NCBI GenBank assembly: GCA_947501605.1
Contig: CANMWZ010000063.1
Span: 1 to 11,815 of the forward strand
Source of the DNA: Planctomycetota bacterium
Lineage (GTDB): Bacteria; Planctomycetota; UBA1135; UBA2386
Length of the DNA stretch: 11,815 nt
Direction of reading: 5' to 3'
Part shown: positions 1 to 5,295 of the stretch, one piece after another
How positions within the stretch are numbered: the first letter of the stretch is position 1
Layout: each line of letters opens with the position of its first letter
Translations under genes and position numbers: made by a program
Notes under the pieces: model-generated
The model's database searches: none
What the model was told of the DNA's origin: nothing
What the model saw: only the letters and a program-made list of their open reading frames with translations

Positions 1-437
1 ACCTGTTGCGCCATCTCGTCGTAGGCCTCATACGCAAGCTGCGTCACGGCGACACCCTCGTTGTGGTTGCGCGTGGTGCCGGCAAACGTGACCACTGCAC
101 CATCGCGGTCGGTGCGCACTTCGCGTTCGATCGCACGCGGGTCGAGGGCTCCGTGCATCAACTCGAAGCGAAACAGGTCGGCCTGATCGCTGCCGCCGCT
201 GATCGGCGGGATCAGGGCAACCACGTCGCCGTCGTGCAGTTCACGGTCGGCGCGCGCATAGGCTTCGTTGACCGCAAACGCGACCCGCAGCTGCTGCAGC
301 GAAGGATGCATGTCGATGAGTTGTCGGTGCAGCTCTGCCGCCGTGGCCCCGGCCACGAGGGTCAAATCGAGACGATCGCAACCCAAGAGGTCGCGAACCG
401 CCGCAAAGCAGCGGACCTGGACGCGGATCATCGACAT
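1..437 (-). CDS. moaX: Fused molybdopterin synthase MoaD-MoaE (MoaX-type), truncated at the window edge
   Basis: Manual translation from ATG at 437: MSMIRVQVRCFAAVRDLLG...VAFAVNEAYA...LHDGDVVALIPPISGG (MoaD/ThiS ubiquitin-like, 82 aa, GG ends at nt 192), continuing in frame without a stop into MoaE motifs GAVVTFAGTTRNHNEG...LAYEAYDEMA. Alternative start ATG at 431. Not in the ORF track because no stop codon lies in the window. Confidence 0.93.
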   Translation of the reverse strand, partial: MSMIRVQVRCFAAVRDLLGCDRLDLTLVAGATAAELHRQLIDMHPSLQQLRVAFAVNEAYARADRELHDGDVVALIPPISGGSDQADLFRFELMHGALDPRAIEREVRTDRDGAVVTFAGTTRNHNEGVAVTQLAYEAYDEMAQQ

Positions 438-471
438 GCTGCCACCATCCGGATCTGACCGCGCAGTGCAA
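438..471 (-). promoter_or_regulatory. Putative sigma70-like promoter giving a leaderless moaX mRNA
   Basis: Minus strand reads TTGCAC-N16-GATGGT-N6-ATG; no clear Shine-Dalgarno. Same geometry occurs upstream of nagB and nagZ. Confidence 0.35.
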
Positions 472-600
472 GACTCTGGGCCCAGCATCGAAAGGTCCGA
501 GGGTGCTCTGCAACGTTGCGGGGCCAGGACTTCGAGCGGTGAATCACGCTACAACGCATGCGCAGGGGGCCGCCGCCGGCGCACTTGCGTGGCACCAACG

Positions 601-629
601 CTGCAACCGTCTGCGGGCGGCGCTACTTT
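601..629 (+). promoter_or_regulatory. Putative sigma70-like promoter for the 705..2150 gene
   Basis: CTGCAA(601-606)-N17-TACTTT(624-629); the -10 box fits TAnnnT and sits between the arms of an inverted repeat GCGGCGC/GCGCCGC. Confidence 0.35.
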
Positions 630-704
630 GCGCCGCTCTGCGGAGCGCTGGCCGAAGCCGGTGACTTCGCCGCAGTGATTCCACCGCACTTTCCTTCCAT
701 CCCG

Positions 705-2150
705 ATGATGCGTTCTCCACTCCTTGCACTCTCGTCGCTGCTACTCGCCGCGACCACCCTGGCTCAGGCCCCGTTTGGCAACGGCAACCTCGTCGTCGTT
801 CGCGTCGGCACCGGCGCTGCAGCGCTCAGCGGTTCGACCCAAGCGGTCTTTCTCGATGAGTACACGACCACGGGCACCTTCGTGCAGGCGGTGCCGATGC
901 CCATCGCGGCCAGCGGCCCGAACGCGGCGCTGACACTGGGCGGCACTGCCAGTTCGGAAGGCAGCATCAACCTCTCTGGCAACGGTCAGTGGCTCACCCT
1001 TGCGGGCTACAACTTGGCTCCGGGGATCGCGACGCCGGCCTCGACTGCCAGCGCGGTCACCTCGCGAGTCATCGCCCGTGTCGACATGAACGCCAACCGC
1101 GACACGACGACGCAGATCACCAACAGCTTTTCTGCCGGCACGATGCGCAGCGCAGTCACCGAGGACGGCACGGACTTCTGGGCCTCGGGCAGCAACTCCG
1201 GCGTGCAATACGTGACCTACGGCAGCACCACGAGCACCGCCGCCAGCACGGGCGCACCAACCAATCTGCGCATGGTGCACATCTGGAATCGCCAACTGCA
1301 CTGCAGCAGCGCTTCGGGCACGGCCTTTGGCGTGTTGACGGTCGGTGTCGGCCTGCCGACTTCGCCGTCGCCGATCACACAACTGCCGGGCATGCCACCG
1401 AGCGGCATCTCGACCTATGACTGCTTCTTCGCCGACGAGAACACGCTCTACCTCAGTGACGACGGTGCCCTCTCCGGGGGTATCCGCAAGTACACGCGCA
1501 TCAGCGGCGTCTGGACCTTCGCCTACACCTTGGTGCCGAGTGGCACGCTGGTCCGCTACCTGACGGGTTCGGTCGACGTCCTCACCGGCCAAGTCACGCT
1601 CTACGGCACGACCACGCAGACCAGCGCCAACACGATCGTCACGGTCGTCGACACGGGCCCTTCGTCGCTGCTGACGCCGATCGCGACCACGCCGGTCAAC
1701 ACGGTCATGCGCGGCATCCGCCTCCTGCGCCAACGCGGCTCGGTCCTGTTCGGCGGCGCTGGCTCGCCGACGACCTTGCCGGCGACGCCGACGATCGACG
1801 CAGTCGGTACCCCGGTTCTGGGCAATGCCGGATTCGCCATCGCGGGCACGAACTTCCTGCCGTTCGGTCCTGGCGGCGTGCTCATCAAGGTCGGCAACCT
1901 GTTCCCGATTGGCTTCCCGCTGCCGGGCGCGCAGCCTGGTTGTGATCTCTACGTCGGCCTGCCCGAGGACATCTTTGGCATCACCTTCGCCGACGCTGGC
2001 GGCAATGCGAGCTACGGCCTGCCGCTGCCGCTCGATCCATTCTTCCTCGGCCTCCCGGTCGCGGCGCAATGGCTCGTGCTCGATCCAGCGCTGCCGTTCG
2101 CGCTGCAACTCGCCAGCAGCCGCGGCATGCAGTTGACCCTCGGCAAGTGA
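705..2150 (+). CDS. Secreted/surface protein (481 aa): Sec signal peptide, Thr/Ser/Gly-rich beta-strand domain (possibly beta-propeller), shared ~136-aa C-terminal domain
   Basis: The ORF 558..2150 has an Arg/Pro-rich non-protein-like first 49 codons. A better start is ATGATG at 705/708, giving MMRSPLLALSSLLLAATTLA|QAPF (signal peptide with AxA-like site). Mature region starts FGNGNLVVVRVGTG...VFLDEYTTTG...SEG...LAGY, with strong C/G third-position bias. Confidence 0.85.
   Translation: MMRSPLLALSSLLLAATTLAQAPFGNGNLVVVRVGTGAAALSGSTQAVFLDEYTTTGTFVQAVPMPIAASGPNAALTLGGTASSEGSINLSGNGQWLTLAGYNLAPGIATPASTASAVTSRVIARVDMNANRDTTTQITNSFSAGTMRSAVTEDGTDFWASGSNSGVQYVTYGSTTSTAASTGAPTNLRMVHIWNRQLHCSSASGTAFGVLTVGVGLPTSPSPITQLPGMPPSGISTYDCFFADENTLYLSDDGALSGGIRKYTRISGVWTFAYTLVPSGTLVRYLTGSVDVLTGQVTLYGTTTQTSANTIVTVVDTGPSSLLTPIATTPVNTVMRGIRLLRQRGSVLFGGAGSPTTLPATPTIDAVGTPVLGNAGFAIAGTNFLPFGPGGVLIKVGNLFPIGFPLPGAQPGCDLYVGLPEDIFGITFADAGGNASYGLPLPLDPFFLGLPVAAQWLVLDPALPFALQLASSRGMQLTLGK
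1740..2147 (+). repeat. Shared C-terminal domain, copy 1 (136 aa)
   Basis: SVLFGGAGS...TPTIDAVG...GFPLPGAQPG...FADAGGN...PLDPFFLGLP...QWLVLDPAL...LQLASSRGMQLTLGK*, homologous to 3840..4241. Confidence 0.85.
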
Positions 2151-2162
2151 TTGTCTGAGTGG

Positions 2163-2210
2163 GCTCGCGCTCCGGTGCCACACGGTGCCGGAGCTAGCCG
2201 GGCCGCGAGC
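2163..2210 (+). terminator. GC-rich stem-loop just after the stop codon (terminator or mRNA-stabilising hairpin; no U-tract)
   Basis: Outer arms GCTCGCG(2163-2169)/CGCGAGC(2204-2210); inner stem GCTCCGGTGCC-acac-GGTGCCGGAGC with G-U pairs. Confidence 0.4.
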
Positions 2211-2221
2211 GCGACAGCGCG

Positions 2222-2266
2222 TTGCGGCGGTGCGCCACGGCGACCGCTCCCCAGGAACCGCCGCAA
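2222..2266. repeat. Perfect 10-bp inverted repeat in intergenic DNA
   Basis: TTGCGGCGGT (2222-2231) and ACCGCCGCAA (2257-2266), 25-nt spacer. Confidence 0.7.
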
Positions 2267-2372
2267 TCCTGCCGCGCAGCCCTGGTGGCATGGCCAGATC
2301 GCCGAAGTGCGGGTAGAACTCGTCGCTTCCCGAGCCCGTCCGTACGGCCTCGGACTTCCCTTCGCCAGTCCC

Positions 2373-2378
2373 AAGGAG
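2373..2378 (+). promoter_or_regulatory. Shine-Dalgarno site
   Basis: AAGGAG 6 nt before ATG at 2385. Confidence 0.8.
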
Positions 2379-2384
2379 CTACCC

Positions 2385-4244
2385 ATGCTTTCGCTTCTCC
2401 TCGCGGCCGCAGCGCTCGCGCCGCAGAGTCCCGGCACTTCCCTCGCGCCGGTGGTCATCAACGAGTTCTGCTACGACGACGGCGGCAACGACGATCGCGA
2501 GTTCGTCGAGCTCTACAACCGCATGCCGACTGCCGTCGACATCAGCGGCTGGAAGATCGTATCCCGCGACTCTGCGAGCCCCACGTTCGGCGGTGCAGGT
2601 ACGGACCCGACGTTTGTCATCCCGGCTGGCACCATCCTGGCGCCGGGCGGCATCTTCGTCGTCGGTCATGCGCCCGTAGTCCCGTTCACGGTTCCAGGAT
2701 CCAGTTTCTCGGTCGTGTTGGTGCCTCCGGCAACCGTCTACCCGCAACTGATCGAGAACGGTGCCGCAGACACCGTCGAGTTGTGGGACACCACCAACGT
2801 CGTGATCGATTCGGTCATCTTCGAAATGGGCGGGCAACTCCCGTTCGGTCCGTTCCCCATCGAAGGCCCAGGCTTCTACGGCGACTACGCCACGGGTGAC
2901 GCTCCGTTCGGCCCGCGCTCGTCGATCAGCCGTTCCATCGATGGCTTCGATTCCAACAACAACACCTCGGACTTCAACGGCCTGAGCAAGCCGACGATCG
3001 GCCTCACCAACGCAGTGCCGGCAGGCCTGCCATACTCGGACAACTTCGACCTCGGCCTGACCGGCAGCGACATCCTAGGCTACGCCGACGGCTTCCCGCC
3101 TCCGACCTACGTCGACCCGACGGCGATCAGTTCGCAGAACCCGACTGCCAAGCCTGCCTCGCCGCAGGGCGGCCTCGCGATGTCGTTCTGGGACGTCACC
3201 GGTGGCGGCAATGCGCACGCGGCGCCGGTCGGTTCGGTCGCCGACGTAGTCGTCGACACCTACGCCTTCTTCGAAGGCCCGATGACACCCGTGAACCTCC
3301 AGTTCACACCGTACGCGGCTGGCAACCCGGCCTACACCGTCGGCCAGTACAACTTCTACGATGGCGAGTGGTGGTGCCTTGGTGTGCGCGGCTCGATCAC
3401 CGGCAACGCCAACCCGGCCAATGTCCCCGGCACCTACTTTGCCGACATCTCGGGCGGCGTCGGCCTGCGCTTCCACGGCGTCTCGGGCATCGCCTGGGCG
3501 CACTACCGCACGCCGACCTACTCGCGCCTCTACCTCGTCGACCTGCGCGACGGGCCGAGCAACGCGAACCCGACCAACTTCAACATCATCGCGGGCCCGA
3601 TCGACATCGTCGCCGGCGTCAATGACGGCTGGCAGCGCGTGCGCATCCAGGCCCAAGGCAATGAAGTCGTCGGTACGTTCGGCGGCACGGTCGGTGTCGA
3701 CAACGGCCAGCGCTTCCATAGCCTGACCACGACGGTCAACGCCGGCGGCGTCTACTTCGGCTACCGCGAAGCCATCCTCTACAACCAGAACTGCCACCCG
3801 CCGCTGTTCGACGACCTGCAGATCCGGTCGCCGAACACGACGAAGACGTTCTACGGCACCGGTTCGCAGAACTCGGCCCTCCTCACGCCCGACCTCTCGG
3901 CCGATGGCTGGATGACGATCGGTTCCCCGGGCTTCGTCGTGCGTGGCAGCGGCATGGCGCCGTTCACGCTGTCGATCCTCTGCCTCAGCGTGACGCCGTT
4001 CGCGCCAGGCTTCCCGGTCGCCGGCGCAGCGCCAGGCACGAACGCCTACATCATCACGATCGATCTGTCCTTCGTCGGCTTCCCCGATCCGTCGGGCAAC
4101 GTCGCCAATTCGATCGGCGTTCCCAACGACAATGCGTTCCTTGGCGTGCCAATCGGCTGGCAGCACGTGAACCTCGATCCGGGTCTTGCGACGCCGCTGC
4201 AGATCGCAGCCTCGCGCGGCATGGAGACGATCATCGGCAACTGA
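2385..4244 (+). CDS. Secreted lamin-tail-domain (LTD) protein (619 aa) with a central ConA-like beta-sandwich and the shared C-terminal domain
   Basis: Start reassigned to ATG 2385 (AAGGAG RBS, hydrophobic MLSLLLAAAALAPQ). LTD signature VVINEFCYDD...DDREFVELYN...VDISGWKI...IPAGTILAPGGIFVV. Segment NDGWQRVRIQAQGNEV...GGVYFGY...LFDDLQIR resembles ConA-like/DUF1080-type strands (inference). Confidence 0.88.
   Translation: MLSLLLAAAALAPQSPGTSLAPVVINEFCYDDGGNDDREFVELYNRMPTAVDISGWKIVSRDSASPTFGGAGTDPTFVIPAGTILAPGGIFVVGHAPVVPFTVPGSSFSVVLVPPATVYPQLIENGAADTVELWDTTNVVIDSVIFEMGGQLPFGPFPIEGPGFYGDYATGDAPFGPRSSISRSIDGFDSNNNTSDFNGLSKPTIGLTNAVPAGLPYSDNFDLGLTGSDILGYADGFPPPTYVDPTAISSQNPTAKPASPQGGLAMSFWDVTGGGNAHAAPVGSVADVVVDTYAFFEGPMTPVNLQFTPYAAGNPAYTVGQYNFYDGEWWCLGVRGSITGNANPANVPGTYFADISGGVGLRFHGVSGIAWAHYRTPTYSRLYLVDLRDGPSNANPTNFNIIAGPIDIVAGVNDGWQRVRIQAQGNEVVGTFGGTVGVDNGQRFHSLTTTVNAGGVYFGYREAILYNQNCHPPLFDDLQIRSPNTTKTFYGTGSQNSALLTPDLSADGWMTIGSPGFVVRGSGMAPFTLSILCLSVTPFAPGFPVAGAAPGTNAYIITIDLSFVGFPDPSGNVANSIGVPNDNAFLGVPIGWQHVNLDPGLATPLQIAASRGMETIIGN
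3840..4241 (+). repeat. Shared C-terminal domain, copy 2 (134 aa)
   Basis: TKTFYGTGS...TPDLSADG...GFPVAGAAPG...FPDPSGN...PNDNAFLGVP...QHVNLDPGL...LQIAASRGMETIIGN*, homologous to 1740..2147. Confidence 0.85.
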
Positions 4245-4297
4245 TCGCGGCCTCGCGGCCATGAGCTTTGACGCTCGTTCGCTGCGAACCGATTGGT

Positions 4298-4342
4298 GAA
4301 GCGACCCCGGCTGCGCACATGCGCAACGGGGTCGTTTCGTTT
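4298..4342 (+). terminator. Probable intrinsic terminator after the LTD gene
   Basis: GAAGCGACCCCG(4298-4309) pairs with CGGGGTCGTTTC(4327-4338); inner TGCGCA-ca-TGCGCA; T-rich tail TTTCGTTT. Confidence 0.6.
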
Positions 4343-4424
4343 GCAGAGCCACCGTCGGACACCGAGATTGCCCGCCCTTTGTTCGTGCGCTGCCCGCATC
4401 CGCACGCAATCATCCGACCCGTCG

Positions 4425-5282
4425 ATGCTACGCCCGCTCCTGCTGCTCGGTCTGTGCGCTACTCTCCTCCGAGCCCAGGACGATGCTGCCCTGCTCCTGC
4501 AGCACATCATGCCGGCCGGAACTGCCTTCGCGTTCACCATCGCGGTCGACTCGAAGCTCGAGTTCGAGGACCCGCGCAAGAACTCGCACATGCACTTCGA
4601 ACTGCGCTTCGAAGCGATGCCTGCGGCCGCCCTCGACGGCACGATCCCGGTGACGTGTACCTTGGCGCGCCTCACGGCCACGGTTGAGGCCCCCAACGCC
4701 CACATCAACTACGACTCGGCCGATCCGCGCCCGGCAGTGGGGCCACTGCAGAAGCTCGCGACGCTGATCCAGGCCAAGTTCGTCGTACCGGTCGCGACCG
4801 ACGGGACCCTCGGTGAAGTGACCATCCCGGAACCGTTGGCGTTGATCGCCAAAGACCACCTGGGCGCCGATTTTCGCAGCCTCTTCGCTGCCTACTTCGT
4901 GCCGCTGCCGCGGACGCCTGTCACGATCGGTTCGACCTGGGACTTGGACACCATGCTCTTCGGGATCCAACCCTCCGGTGTCGCTACCACAGTGCGCCAC
5001 AAGCTCGTCAGCGTTGCCGAAGGGTGCGCCACCATTCAGTGCGCCGTCGATGCCCCAAAGCCCCCGGCGCGTCCTGGAGTTCGCTTCGAGGTCCGCGAAG
5101 CGACCGGGAGCATCGCCTTCGACCTTGCCCGCGGTCGCGTCCAGCGCACCGACCTCGAACTCCTCGCACGCGCCACCCGCACCGGCGGCGATGCCACCGC
5201 GAGCGCGACCTCCCACCTGGTGATCAGCGCTCAGCGCGAAGAACCAGCGACCCCGTCGACAGAAGGCAGGCCCGGTCGCTGA
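4425..5282 (+). CDS. Secreted protein (285 aa), DUF6263-like
   Basis: Start at ATG 4425 gives signal peptide MLRPLLLLGLCATLLRA|QDD. Pattern INYDSAD...KFVVPVATDGTLGEV...LPRTPVTIGSTW...GSIAFDLARGRV recalls DUF6263 beta-rich proteins (from memory; family call moderate). Confidence 0.65.
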   Translation: MLRPLLLLGLCATLLRAQDDAALLLQHIMPAGTAFAFTIAVDSKLEFEDPRKNSHMHFELRFEAMPAAALDGTIPVTCTLARLTATVEAPNAHINYDSADPRPAVGPLQKLATLIQAKFVVPVATDGTLGEVTIPEPLALIAKDHLGADFRSLFAAYFVPLPRTPVTIGSTWDLDTMLFGIQPSGVATTVRHKLVSVAEGCATIQCAVDAPKPPARPGVRFEVREATGSIAFDLARGRVQRTDLELLARATRTGGDATASATSHLVISAQREEPATPSTEGRPGR

Positions 5283-5295
5283 CGCCGCGGCGCGG

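Noticed and set aside
6..458. 150-aa plus-strand ORF
   Set aside because: Antisense shadow of the moaD-moaE fusion, which has clear family motifs on the minus strand.
438..600. Possible Moco riboswitch upstream of moaX; short palindromes CTGGGCCCAG and GCAACGTTGC
   Set aside because: No recognisable Moco RNA motif on the minus strand, the gene may be leaderless, and 10-bp palindromes are not rare in GC-rich DNA.
558..704. N-terminal extension of the 530-aa ORF
   Set aside because: Non-protein-like composition; the signal peptide begins at ATG 705.
2151..2384. 78-aa N-terminal extension of the 697-aa ORF, or read-through fusion with the upstream in-frame gene (TGA at 2148-2150 directly followed by TTG)
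   Set aside because: The region is hairpin-rich with Arg/Ala/Pro translation, ATG 2385 has a strong RBS and signal peptide, and the upstream stop falls at the same point of the shared domain as in copy 2, so it is a genuine end.
741..4409. Long minus-strand ORFs 741..2291 and 3075..4409
   Set aside because: Antisense shadows typical of high-GC genes; no motifs.
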